Shown here in pieces: positions 29,019-43,197 of a stretch of 64,000 bases of DNA (positions within the stretch are counted from its first letter, which is position 1; each line of letters opens with the position of its first letter). A model generated the notes under the pieces. It worked only from the letters and a program-made list of their open reading frames with translations, was not told the origin of the DNA and did no database searches. Both the position numbers and the translations under genes were made by a program. Source of the stretch: Octopus vulgaris (lineage: Eukaryota); assembly GCA_951406725.2 (NCBI GenBank), contig OX597828.1, forward strand, positions 46,190,001 to 46,254,000, in the 5' to 3' direction.

Positions 29019-29421
29019 TCTTTTACTTGTTTCGGTCATTAACTGCGGCCTTCCTGGAACATCGCTTCTTAGTCGAGCAAATCGACCCCAGAAATTTTTT
29101 TTGTAAGCCACGCAGTTATTCTATCACACACTTTTACCGAACCGCTAAGTTACGGGGACATAAACACACCAGCATCGTTTGTCAAGCAATGTTGTTGGGG
29201 GGGGGGGACAAATAGACACAAATACATACACATACATACATATTCATATATATACATATACGACGGGCGCCTTGCAGGTTTCGTCTACCGAATCCATTCA
29301 CAAGGCTTTGGTCGGCCTGAAGCTATAGTAGAAGACACTTGCGCAAGGTATCCCGCGGTGGGACTGAACCCGGGACCATGTGGTTGGCAAGCAAACTACT
29401 TGCCACACACCTAGTTCTGTG

Positions 29422-29424
<3 letters not shown>
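29017..29424 (-). mobile_element. SINE family B, diverged full length
   Basis: Reverse-complement homology to 41312-41728. Confidence 0.85.
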
Positions 29425-29500
<76 letters not shown>

Positions 29501-29505
<5 letters not shown>

Positions 29506-29711
29506 TAATCCAAACATGAAAACACAAAGAGAAAACGCAACAACGCGAGGACGTGGAACAAATATAGTATTATTGGACGCTCAGGAAGGAAGGTAAGAAG
29601 GAGGGTTTAACGTTTCGAGCAGAGCTCTTCGTCAGAAACATAGGAAAAGGAAAGATCCAGAGAAGGGAAGACGGAGGAAAAAAATCGCCAACGGAACACA
29701 CGCGGTCACAT
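29501..29711 (-). mobile_element. ~200-bp fixed-end hammerhead-bearing element (family H1)
   Basis: Homologous end-to-end with 44711-44911, 51481-51692 and 54509-54701; abuts (TA)n. Confidence 0.85.
29605..29639 (-). ncRNA. minimal type I hammerhead ribozyme motif
   Basis: Minus strand gttt-CTGACGAA-gagc-tct-gctc-GAAAC-GTT-aaac: stems I and II pair perfectly; palindromic AACGTT stem III. Confidence 0.8.
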
Positions 29712-30258
29712 TGTATGACTTTTTGAATGTATGTATTTATTCACCTATTTATTTACTAACCACATATACTTAACGTATGTGCTTTGTGTATTTTGCGGAG
29801 GGCAGCAATAGCGTGGTAGAGTATATACACCCCGAAACTGCCGCATGCTAAAACACTTCAGAGATATGGACAGATGAGGTAACTCACCTTTAATCCCAAT
29901 ATGCGAGTGACAGACACCGATGTTTCGCCACTTCTTCGGCTTGTAAACTTCACCTAGCCAGACCTCAACTTATATACTCTTGGTTTGTAAAACCATATGC
30001 TGGCTGGGCCGAAAAATACATACCGAAGAGACAATTTACACATAAAGCAAAATCAGCTATGTAAAATGAGTGTTATTAACCACGTATACTTAACGTATAT
30101 GCTGTGTGTATTTTCCCGGGTCTGCAATAGCGCAGGGGAGTATACACTCTCTCAAACGCCGTGTGTTAAATCAACACAGTGTCATGAACAGGCGCATCTA
30201 CCAAATCCAAGTCAGTCGTCACCCCATGTTTATGGTAGAAGATAGTTGCCCAATGTAG

Positions 30259-30678
30259 ATGGCGGCGAACTGGCAGAAACGTTAGCACGTCGGGCGAAAT
30301 TCTTAGCGGTATTCCGTCTGCCGCTACGTTCCTAGTACAAATTCCGCCGAGGTCAACTTTGCCTTTCATCCTTGCGGGGTCAATTAAATAAGTACCAGTT
30401 ACGCACTGGCGTCGATGTAGTCGACTTAATCCGTTTGTCTGTCCTTGTTTGTCCTCTCTGTGTTTAGCCCCTTCTGGGTAGTAAAGAAATAGGTATTTCG
30501 TCTGCCGTTACGTTCTGAGTTCAAATTCAACCGAGGTCGACTTGGCCTTTCATCCTTTCGGGGTCAATAAATTAAGTACCAGTTACGCACTGGAGTCGAT
30601 GTAATCAACTTAATCTCTTCGTCTATCCTTGTTTGTCTCCTCTGTGTTTAGCCCCTTGTGGGCAATAGAGAAATAAGA
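30259..30678 (+). mobile_element. SINE family A, full copy plus 5'-truncated tandem copy
   Basis: Homology to 591-803; second unit starts at ~30492. Confidence 0.88.
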
Positions 30679-31038
30679 AGATATTTGCTCTATGTACCAT
30701 ACTGTAACTGAACCCAGAACCATGTGGTTAAGCAGCAAGCTTCTTATCGCACAGCCACGCCTGCGCCTATATGAATGGAATTAGAAAAAATATGATAAAG
30801 TGGTTGATATTAAAAGGTAAAATGGAAAATGAAACGGTTGCGAGGAAGATGAAACGCTGCACTGGTTACAGATGTAGTTGCTCTCTTAACCACTGACTCA
30901 GCGACACCCGTCATAACAAGCCACAAATATAAACCGCCTCGAAACCACAGAAAAAGAACAGCAGCGAAACACAAAGAAAAGAACGAAGGAAGAAAAGTAA
31001 GCAAAACAAACACGAAATTGGAACAAGATTAGCCAAGA

Positions 31039-31093
<55 letters not shown>

Positions 31094-31179
31094 AAAGCAT
31101 ATATATTTATATATATAGTATATATATATATATATATGTATATAATTTGTATATAATATATACATGTATAATACGTAAA

Positions 31180-31243
<64 letters not shown>

Positions 31244-31439
31244 GATGTGTGTGTGTATGTGTGTAAGAGTGTAATAGGCAGATATATAAGTATAACGCAA
31301 ATATACTGAAAGGGAAAGGATAACTGCAAAGATGGCTGAGAGGGGAAGGAAGGTGGTATATGCAATAAAAGAAGAAAGGAGTAGAAGGATGAGGAACGTT
31401 CGGATGAGAAAACGAAAGTAGGATTGACAGTATAATTGA

Positions 31440-31627
31440 GAGTGAGAGAGAGAGGGAGAGAGAGTGAGAGAGATAAAGAAAGAGAGAGAATGAAAGAAAG
31501 AATGAAAGAAAGAAAGGAAGGAAGGAAGGAAGAAGGAAGGAAAGAAGGAAGGAAAGAAGGAAAGAAAGAAGGAAGGAAGGAAAGAAAGAAGGAAGTAGGA
31601 AAAAAGAAGGAAAGAAGGAAGGAACGA

Positions 31628-31658
<31 letters not shown>

Positions 31659-31975
31659 GAAGAAAGAAAGAGAGAAAGAAATAAGACAGAAAGAAACAAA
31701 GAAAGAAAGAGAGGAGATGCAAGAGGATGATGAAGAAGGTAAAGAAAATAAAAACAAAAGAGAAGAATAAAGTTCCGAAGAAAACTAATATGAAGATTTT
31801 TTTTTTATTAGAAAGAAGGATGATGACGAGAAACACGATGACGACGACGACGACGACGGCGACAAACATGTCGACAATTAAACAGGACCACGACGACGGC
31901 GATGATGACGATAATAATGAAGAAGAGGACGACGTCGATGATGATGATAATGATGATGATGAGGAGGAGGAGGAG
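31440..31975. repeat. (GA)n/(GAAA)n/(GAAG)n polypurine tract followed by (GAC/GAT)n
   Basis: Direct reading. Confidence 0.9.
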
Positions 31976-32111
31976 AACTGATAAAGATAAAAGTGAAATA
32001 ATCTTCTCAGTAGAGCACACCAGCATGTTGATTGAAAACATGCAATATATATGTGTATTTGTGTATATGTGTAAGTGTGTGTGTCGGAGGTATATAATAT
32101 ATATATATATC

Positions 32112-32150
<39 letters not shown>

Positions 32151-32164
32151 ATATATATATCTAT

Positions 32165-32748
<584 letters not shown>

Positions 32749-32779
32749 CATGTACATATACATACGCACTCACACATAT

Positions 32780-32810
<31 letters not shown>

Positions 32811-33387
32811 TATGTATGCCTACTTTTATGCGTGCATCTACACACGAGCCTATTTACCGATGCTGTCAATGACTGTTGGTGCGTACCTCAGCATATTAAT
32901 ACATGGAAACACACACACACACACACACACACACACCTGTATGTATATATTTTCCTACCGTCTCGATCTAAATCAGGCGTTTCTATTTATTTTGAAGGCG
33001 TGGTAGCTGTGCTTTCTTGATGGTAACTTCTGATAACTAATGCTTTCGTCCATGCAGATATCTTTCTTCGTTTTTTTTTTTTATTTTCTGTTTTCTTTGT
33101 TTTTCTTTCTTTCTGAACATATATATATACACCTATAGTCATATACTTCTCCCAATCACGTACACAGACAAACAAGTACGCGTACGCACACGCACGCACA
33201 CACACACACGCACGCACACACACACACATGCAAATATGTATCTTCATGTCCGCAAACCACGCGCACCTACACACAAATAAACACAGAGAATCAGTCACGT
33301 ATAGACACACATCCCTACAAACGCAACCACTGAAGAACAGATAGACATGGTGATCTCAAGTACTATTATTATTATTATTATTATTAT

Positions 33388-33445
<58 letters not shown>

Positions 33446-33490
33446 CGTCGTCGTCGTCGTCGTGATAGTAGTAGTAGTAATAGTAGTAGC

Positions 33491-33545
<55 letters not shown>

Positions 33546-33618
33546 TTATTCAACTGAACAAACGGAGAGGACCAAAGACAAAATGTTGGAGAAGAATAAG
33601 AAAAGCAAGGTGAATCGC

Positions 33619-33655
<37 letters not shown>

Positions 33656-33656
33656 T

Positions 33657-35180
33657 AAATCATCAATATAAATCATCTCATTTACATGGATGATTTAAAG
33701 CACTTTGCAAAAAATGACCAACAACTCAAGGGCTTACTAGCGATTGTCAAACAATTCAGTGACGACATCAGAATGCAATTTGGCCTCGATAAATGTGCAA
33801 AAGATACCTTTATCAAAGGAAAAATGACAGAAACATCTAACGTTAACCTTGACCAGCAGAATATCATAAAAGAACTAGACCCAGCGGAGAGCTACAAGTA
33901 CCTAGGGGTAATTGAAGGAGACAGAATAAGGCATTCAGAGATGAAGGAAAGGATCAGGAGAGAATGTTATCGAAGAGTGAGAGCAATACTCAAGACAGAG
34001 CTGAATGCAAGAAACAGGATCGAAGCGATCAATGCATTAGCCATACCAGTCGTGACTTACAGTTTCAATATCGTTAACTGGTTAATTACTGAAATATATC
34101 AGCTTGACAGAAAAATACGAAAACTGTTGACAATGCATAGAATGCACCACCCTAAGGCAGATACAGAACGACTTTATCTACCGAGAAAAGAGGGAGGCCG
34201 TGGTCTTTTACAACTGGCAATAACAATGAAGATTACTACAATTGGCCTAGACACCTACCTGAAAAAGTCTGAGGACTGGATGTTAAAACTTGTCTCAAAA
34301 CATGAAAATAAGAAAGCATCATACTCAGTAACAAAACAGGCAAAGGAATATCTAAGTGAATTCCGAATACAACAAATTTCGGAATTAGAGATAGACATAC
34401 AAGAAACAGGCACAGAAAAAGCTAAGCGCATGAAAACCCGTGCTAAATCTGCGGCCTTAGATATTCAGAATGATAAATGGCAAGAAAAACCTCTCTATGG
34501 CAAATACCCAAAGAGAGCGAATAATGCAGATATTGACAAAGCCCTGACCCATCAATGGCTAATGGCCTCTGGCTTAAAATCTGAAACAGAGGGGTTTATC
34601 ATAGCAGCTCAAGATCAATGCCTACCAACAAGAAACTACCAGGCCAACATATTAAAGAACGGCAGTAGCCCAACATGTCGTGTATGTCAACAACAAAATA
34701 AAACCATTGATCATGTTGGATCCAAGTGCAGTCTCCTAGCGCCTACAGAGTACCTCAATAGGCATGATAGAGCTGCACAATATATTCACTGGGTAATTTG
34801 CATAAACCTGGATTTGCCCCATGAAAAAAACTGGTGGGAACACAAACCACCTCTAGTGCTTGAAAATGACCACATCTGAGTCCTCTGGAACCTCACCATT
34901 CAAACTGACAGAAAGATAGATGCAAATAGGCCATACATCATATTAAAAGACTTCAGACAAAGAACATGCCTCCTCATTGATATGACTGTCCCAATCGATA
35001 TAAACGTATCTGTCAAGACCTACCAAAAACTGAGCAAATATAAAGATCTTGAAATAGAAATCAGCAAAATGTGGAACCTGAAGACTAAAACAATACCTGT
35101 TGTCATAGGTGCCCTGGGAATGATAGCGAAATGGGCTGATTGCTACCTAACTCAGATACCAGGAAACCCCAAAATGGCAA
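33657..35180 (+). mobile_element. 5'-truncated R4/Dong-type non-LTR retrotransposon: end of RT, zinc knuckle, RLE endonuclease
   Basis: (Y)MDDLK, FGLDKC, YKYLG, RLYLPRKEGGRGL, CRVC..H....C knuckle, RHD, then NRP..LID..KYKDL; one in-frame stop at 34877-34879; begins right after (AAT)n. Confidence 0.93.
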
Positions 35181-35329
35181 AAATGTTTATTTTTTTATTT
35201 TATTTATTAGACATTCACTAGTGCAACAACAATAATAATAATAATAGCAACATCACACTGGATAAAGCAACATCATACTGGATAAAGCAACATCACACTA
35301 GATAAAGCAAATGAAATAAGAGAATAAGA

Positions 35330-36672
35330 CCAAAGCCAGTCATACAAATACTTGGGTATCAACGAATTAGATACGATTGAACACACACAAATGAAAGAGA
35401 AATTAAAAAGAACACTATAGACGAGGTAGGTTAATACTGAAAACAACTCAATGCGAAAAACAAGATAATAGGTATCGACACTCAGCCGTCCAAGTTATAA
35501 GTAACAGCAACAATATCCTTAATTAGACACTAAATGAACTAATCAAGATAGACAGGAAAACAAGAAAAGTAATTACAGGATTTAGGATACACCACCCAAA
35601 ATCTGACATGGAAAAGTTATATATACAACATATAGTAGGTGTAAAGGCCTTATAAAGCTAGAAAGCTACTACAAAATGACCACCATTGGACTACAAAATA
35701 TCTACTTCAGAAGCAAGGAAAGCTAATACAAATTGCCACAACACATGAACAAAACAAATAGCTATTTACAGTCTTTAAGGAAGCTGACAAATACAAACAA
35801 GGAGTCATACTACCTAACAACTATGAAGAAAAACAAGAAACAACAAAAGCTGTAAAACAAATGAAATCCAAACTAAAACCGGAACAGCAACGGATCATGA
35901 GAAAACGATGGGAAGAAAAGCCCCTTCATGACAAATACTGGGTTAAACTAAACGCAAAAGAAATAGACAAACCAAAATCCCGAGGTACTCAGGATTCATA
36001 GCAGAGATTGGAGGATTATTAATTGCAGCACAAGACCAAAGCCTCCCTACCAGATATTACCAAGAAGTAACTGCAGAATATATGGAGATGAACTAGAAAC
36101 AATAAATCATATTGTCTCTGGATGCCCAGTCTTGGCTTAGAAGGAATATATTGACAGACACGACAGAGTTGTGACCTATATACACTGGAATCTATGCGAA
36201 CACTATGGAATAACCATACTATGGGATACGCCAATACACAGAGGTAGAGATATCAAGACAATAAGCCAGATATAGCTGTCAGAGATCAAGAAAAATGCTT
36301 TCTAATTGATGTATCAATACCAAAAGATTACAATGTTTCTCTAAAAGAAATGCAGAAACTATCAAAATACAAAGACCTGAAAATAGAGGTAAATTGAATG
36401 TAGAGTCTAAAAACAGAAACAATTCCTATCATAGTGGGCGCATTAGGTACGATAAAAAAAAGTATTCAAACAAATATATAACAAAAACACGAGGACTTAC
36501 AAATATATATATAACATACAGAAAATAGCACTACTAGGAACTGTAAACATCCTACGTAAAACACTTTCATTACAGTAAATATAGGAGCATCACAAAAGAC
36601 TACAGCAGATACCCAAGGTACACAGGGCTGCGCTCAGTTGTGCAGTGGAGGCACGTTATAAAAATAAGACTA
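35330..36672 (+). mobile_element. older, frameshifted R4/Dong-type copy of a second subfamily
   Basis: Manual translation gives YKYLG, HHPKSD, W.EKPLH, LIAAQDQSLPT, RHD, NKPDI, FLIDVSIP, KLSKYKDL, IPIIVGALG; ends in (AAT/AAC)n. Confidence 0.85.
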
Positions 36673-36745
36673 CTGAATAACAATAACAATAACAACAGCA
36701 ACAACAACAACAATAATAATAATAATAATAATAATAATCATAATT

Positions 36746-36794
<49 letters not shown>

Positions 36795-36833
36795 TAATAA
36801 TGATGATAATAATACTATTGATGATGAAGATGG

Positions 36834-36904
<71 letters not shown>

Positions 36905-36924
36905 GGGATGATGTTGATGATAAC

Positions 36925-37370
36925 AATAGTCCCAATCAAAATAAATGTATCTGTCGAGACCTACCAAAAATTGAGTAAGTATAAAGATCTTGAAATAGGA
37001 ACTGGCAAAATGTGGAACCTCAAGACTAAAACAATACCTGTTATCATAGGTGCTCTGGGAATGACAGCAAAAGGGGCTGATTTCTAACTACACTGATACC
37101 AGGAAACCCCAAAATGGCAGAAATTCAAAAGATAGCGCTCGTTGGAACTGCTCATATCCTACGTAAAATACTATGTAGCCTCAAATTTTGAAACAAACAT
37201 ATAATTCTCCTATGTCTTCTTAAACATTCTCTATAACAATACTATGTGCAAAGCCGAATATGTGACATCCTGGGCATAACGCCAATTTGAATTTCTCACT
37301 TGTTGTCTCTTGAGGTCTCTGGGTGAGACTTGCAGCCAACTTGTACAAATGCAAAGTAAAATCAAAAATA
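36925..37370 (+). mobile_element. R4/Dong-type 3' end, same subfamily as 33657-35180
   Basis: VPIKINVSVETYQKLSKYKDLEI..IPVIIGALG plus 3' UTR, ends in (AAT)n. Confidence 0.88.
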
Positions 37371-37464
37371 TAATAATGATAATAATAACAACAACAACAA
37401 CAACACTAATGATAATAATAATAATGATAGTGATAATGATAATGATAATACTAATAATAGTAAC

Positions 37465-37535
<71 letters not shown>

Positions 37536-37860
37536 GCATCTCGAGACGTTTACAATACCAGTGATTTTAGGAGTACTTGAAATGATCAAAGAAGGAACTG
37601 AAAATTATTTAAGATTGGCCCCTGGTTTATCAACTGGTTCATCACTCGTACTGAGAAGATCATTTTCACTGAATTTTCCTTCCTTCCTTCCACCTTTATT
37701 TGTTTAGTTGTTTATTTTTTCATTCTTTCCTTTTTTCTTTCTGTCTTTCCCTGTTTCTATACCTTTTCACAAATTTCCTCACAACATTTATTCACCTTTA
37801 ACAAAGTCGATGTGGGTTTAACCGAGGAGGAATGTGCTTTGGCTCAACCAAAATACCAAT

Positions 37861-38248
37861 GTGGAAGCACTCCGTCGGTTACGACGATGAGGGTTCCGGT
37901 TGATCCGAATCAACGGAACAGCCTGCTCGTGAAATTAACGTGTAAGTGGCTGAGCACTCCACAGACACGTGTACCCTTAACGTAGTTCTCGGGGATATTC
38001 AGCGTGACACAGAGAGTGACAAGGCCGGCTCTTTGAAATACAGGTACAACAGAAACAGGAAGTAAGAGTGAGAGAAAGTTGTGGTGAAAGAGTACAGCAG
38101 GGATCACCACCATCCCCTGCCGGAGCCTCGTGGAGCTTTTAGGTGTTTTCGCTCAATAAACACTCACAACGCCCGGTCTGGGAATCGAAACATCGATCCT
38201 ATGACCGCGAGTCCGCTGCCCTAACCACTGGGCCATTGCGCCTCCACT
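37861..38248 (-). mobile_element. SINE family C (tRNA-Arg-like head), full length with 11-bp TSD
   Basis: TSD AAAATACCAAT at 37850-37860 and 38249-38259; highly similar to 50681-51071. Confidence 0.92.
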
Positions 38249-39278
38249 AAAATACCAATAGCGAAAAATTAAAAGAAAACATTGGTGAATTATCTGCCCT
38301 TACATTTTACCCCTGCTCGTTATTTTTGCTATTTCCGTCATCTTCGTTGTCATCGTATTTGTTGTTTCTGTTACTAATAAAAATTTATCTTTGGGTTCGT
38401 AGTTGTCAGGTAGACTTCCCATTTGATATTATGTTGTCCTCACCCGGTCTTCACATTATATATAGAACCTCCTAATGTATTATGCAACGAGCCATTTCAT
38501 GATTTCATTTCTGAATATTTAACAGAGATTTGCCTCCTGATGCAAGAAGGCCCGAAGGTTTAGCACAGATTTTAGAGTATTGTTACAACGCTGAAGCAAC
38601 CAGCATACCCCCTTGAGAATGGCCTCTCCCATTGATAGATTTCGATAATATTGAGAAGGGAAATTTGCATAGATATTAATCAGTTAGTCATTGCAAAGGC
38701 ATGCGTAGATGCAAGGTAAACGTGACAAACGGGGAGGCCTTTTACAAGATTCTCTCAAGGAGAGAACTGGGAGACAACGGAGTGCCACAAAATTTTTACC
38801 TGAGACTGTATTGAATCTGCGAACATATCAAGTCAGCTTTTGATATCTTGTTATATTACGACACAATAGTCTAAATAACCTCACCTGCTAGGGCAAATTG
38901 GCTGACGAATATTCAGTGAATATAGACGAGATGCTATCAGTCGCCTCTGATTGTACAGAGATACAGAGATAGATAACCGTAAAAAAACACGTACATAAAC
39001 ACACAAACACGTGTATGTACGTATGTTATTTGTATGTACGTTATGTTCTACAAAGTATACTTAACTGAATTTGTACATCATGTACACGCACGCACACGCA
39101 CGCACGCACGCACGCACACACAAATACGCACGAACCTACACGCACACACATAAACATACACACAAACACACGCCTATGTAAATATAAACACAAATTTGTA
39201 TTTCATAGGAAAAAAAAACATGCACCTGTCTTTTAGGAGTGTTATTACGTAGTTAGCACATTTGCAAACAACCTGCAA

Positions 39279-39418
<140 letters not shown>

Positions 39419-40319
39419 TATGTATATATATATATGCATACAACACTCGCACACACATATATATATACATATGCTATTTATACATCGATATATATACCTA
39501 TATAGATATACGTGCACACACTCACACACATACATATATATAAGTATATATACAGGATTAACTATTCTTATACACAGGACTATGCACCATCGTCACGTGC
39601 TTTCATATTTTCATATTTATTCGTGTGTTCTTTCTAGACTTTCAAGAAAAGAAGTGTTCCCAGGTTCATCATAGTTTCTTGACACACACTCTCTTATCTT
39701 ATGGATGAGGAGGTCGAGGTTGGAGTTATATTATTTTTAATTTCCTACACAAAGATTAAAGAGATCGGTACTTTTGATTTACGCATACAAACACCCAAAC
39801 ACACATATACTCACACACAGATTCACATTTATTACGATATATATTTTACAACTTTCACAAAAACACAAACGTTCACCAATACGTACATAATGATAAAAAG
39901 GACAACGTAACATCGTGTGTATTTAATATTCTTCTCTGCAACATGTGCAAGGCCTGATATTTTCGAGGAGAGAGGAGGTTCATTTTGATTATGTTCATCA
40001 CATTGCGTAATTGGTATTTATTTCATCGAACCCGATCCGATGAAAGGTGAAGACTACCACGGTGGGATTTGAACTCAAAATATAACGATGATGACATGCC
40101 AATATACATTTTGTTTGGCGTATTGATGATTCTGCCAGCCTTGTTTGCATTCGTGTTATATACACTTGTGAACAAATGTGTCCGTTGCAAACCTTCAATG
40201 GAAACGCACGGACACACACACACATACACATATACACACATCCATATATACGTCCATACATTTATACATATAAAGAGATATACATACATACATATATAGT
40301 CTTAAAGACTAACTCAAAA

Positions 40320-40575
40320 ATGTGATGACAGCAACGGAAGTGCAACAGGTTGCGATTGAGCAATTTTTCTAGATTTGTACGGGCACCATTTACTCGACCT
40401 GTGTTGCTTGCTGTTGTATCAAAGCTGAAAATGTTGGAATTTCAGGGACTCCCAACAATCGCTCCTTGCCTTCAAAAGTTACAATTATTGCTAGTCTACC
40501 AACCTTTTCAATGCCTGTGATTGCTGGGAGCAGGTTTCCAACCCAGTGCGACACTAATTCTTGACAATAGCTTAG
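40320..40575 (-). pseudogene. decayed hAT-like (hATm-type) DDE transposase fragment
   Basis: Manual translation SHWVGNLLPAITGIEKVGRLAIIV..ERLLGVPEIP / FDTTASNTGRVNGARTNLEKLLNRNLLHFRCCHHI, resembling the HWDGKL..FDTTASNTG..ACRHH motif set (family assignment from memory). Confidence 0.7.
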
Positions 40576-41025
40576 GTTAAACCTGTGCTGTATTTCTGTG
40601 TGTTTTGCTTCTCTAAATTAACTTATATTTACAAACGCAGGCAAACCATATTAGTTCACTGCTTATCACTAACGTATGACCGCGAAAAATAGGTGTTTGC
40701 CCTATACCTGCGCTCTGTCCCTAGCTTTGCAAGATATCTTTCCCATTACATTTACTGTCACTTTTCCTTTAATTACCAAGAAAAAGTCTGAAAAAATCTT
40801 TAATTTAAGAGAAAATTTATATAAGAGATAGAAAATATTTATCTCAAAAAATTACTTTCCAAGCGAAACTTTCAAACTTACATGGTCGATGTAATTTTGC
40901 ATAGATTGGTATCCTTATTTTTTCTTTTTGTTAATTGGAACAGGTTAGGGGGTGGGAGCTAAAGTTTTAGTTGCAAAATAACGGCTACTCTAATGTGCAT
41001 ATACACACACGCACGCACACACACA

Positions 41026-41077
<52 letters not shown>

Positions 41078-41311
41078 CAAATGTATGTATATATACAAAG
41101 GGTGTCTCAGGTTCATGATGATATTATCTGATGGCAATCACCTCGTCACTGAATAAGACTACTGTTTCAACGAAGTCGCGTCCAATCCTCACCTTTGAAA
41201 CGCGGAATAGATAAAACAGGGGACAACTGATGAAGGGAATGTTCTTTATGCTGCATGTCTCGTTTCTCATTTTGTCTACGTTGTATACGCATGTATATAT
41301 ACATATATATA

Positions 41312-41728
41312 GGCGCAGGAGTGGCTGTGTGGTAAGTAGCTTGCTAACCAGCCACATGGTTCCGGGTTCAGTCCCACTGCGTGGCATCCTGGGCAAGTGT
41401 CTTTTGCTATAGCCCCGGGCCGACAAATGCTTTGTGAGTGGATTTGGTAGACGGAAACTGAAAGAAGCCTGTCGTATATATGTATATATATGTAAGTGTG
41501 TGTGTATATGTTTGTGTGTCTGTGTTTGTCCCCCTAGCATTGCTTGACAACCAATGCTGGTGTGTTTACGTCCCCGTCACTTAGCGGTTCGGCAAAAGAG
41601 ACCGATAAAATAAGTACTGGGCTTACAAAGAATAAGTCCCGGGGTCGATTTGCTCGACTAAAGGCGGTGCTCCAGCATGGCTGCAGTCAAATGACTGAAA
41701 CAAGTAAAAGAGTAAAAAAGAAAGAGTA
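41312..41728 (+). mobile_element. SINE family B, full length, close to consensus
   Basis: A/B boxes, CORE-like segment, internal microsatellite, AAAAGAGT tail. Confidence 0.92.
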
Positions 41729-42043
41729 ATATATATATATCCTGTATATGCATAAGAACTATCACTCACCTTTTGACCTGCGACCTGTATGTCTATACAT
41801 GCATAGATGTTTATTTTGTACGATGTAAAAGAATAATTTTCCTTTATATATGTATATGTATTAATGGATGCTGTTGCGCATGTATGTATATGCATGTACA
41901 TGTTAGTTGGTACCTGTGTGTATGTAAATATATGCATGTAGATTTATACTAAATTGTCGTTTTTAGCTGTATAATATATAATTATAATGACATAGTATAT
42001 TGTGACATTACACATTGTTTGGCATTATTTCATTGAATATATC

Positions 42044-42148
42044 TGCGTGGCATCTTGGGCAAATGTCTTCTGCTATAGCCCCGGGCCGACCAATGCCTTG
42101 TGAGTGGATTTGGTAGATGGAAACTGAAAGAAGCCTGTCGTATATATG

Positions 42149-42185
<37 letters not shown>

Positions 42186-42400
42186 TTGTGTGTCTGTGTT
42201 TGCCTCCCCTAGCATTACTTGACAACTGATGCTGGTGTGTTTACGTCACCTAGCGGTTCGGCAAAAAGAGACCGATAGAATAAGTACTGGGCTTACAAAG
42301 AATAAGTCCCGGGGTTGATTTGGTCGACTAAAGGCGGTGCTCCAGCATGGCCGCAGTTAAATGACTGAAACAAGTAAAAGAATAAAAGAATAAAAGAATA
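42044..42400 (+). mobile_element. SINE family B, 5'-truncated
   Basis: Near-identical to 41377-41728. Confidence 0.9.
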
Positions 42401-42841
42401 TTAAATTGAATTAAGTAATTTACTGGCGTGCTATACTGTATTGTATTATATTATGCTGTACTTTATGTGGTATTTTCCATCTACTATGTATTGTGAATAG
42501 CAGAATGCACATATTCTTTTATTGGTATTATTATTATTAATAATAATAATAATAATATTAATAGCCTTTTGTAATGTAATACAATGAAATCTGGACTTTG
42601 TATATGTACAATTTGATGTGGATATATATATGTATGTATATTCTAGTATATAGATTTGATTAACTGTAACCTTATGTGTATGTATATTATTATGTATATA
42701 CTTATATATATATGTATATGTAGATGTATATACACTTATATGTATATGTATATATACTTGTTCTTGTATATGTGTACCTTCTTTAATATTCATATTTGCA
42801 CTTTATATCTTCATTTTATACCTTTATAATTGTACTATATA

Positions 42842-42967
42842 ATCTCTGACGAGGCCTTGAGATATATATATGAGTAACTCATTTATAACTGCATATTACC
42901 TCAATACATCTGACTAATATGAGCATAATGAGATACTCTTATCTACAGGCTGAAACAGCTGTAAGAT
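42842..42967 (+). ncRNA. type I hammerhead ribozyme motif with ~100-nt extended stem II
   Basis: atct-CTGACGA-ggcct..(long hairpin)..aggct-GAAAC-agct-GTA-agat; canonical core and paired stem I. Confidence 0.8.
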
Positions 42968-43148
42968 CCATTTTATATTTATATGTATTGTTCTTATGGT
43001 ATTATCTTACCTATTGATGTGTACTGTTTTATTCTGTATTATTCTGTTTGATCTGGATATTCCTAAATAATTAGTTAATAAATTATATGAATTGGTATTA
43101 TCTAATAGTTGATGATTGAAAGAAATCTATTCCTCCATCTCCTTATTT

Positions 43149-43194
<46 letters not shown>

Positions 43195-43197
<3 letters not shown>

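Noticed and set aside
30898-31869. 323-aa hydrophobic ORF resembling a membrane protein
   Set aside because: Antisense of (GAAA)n plus (TA)n
38440-38960. Possible very old reverse-transcriptase remnant
   Set aside because: Only faint motif resemblance across many stops and frameshifts; needs BLASTX
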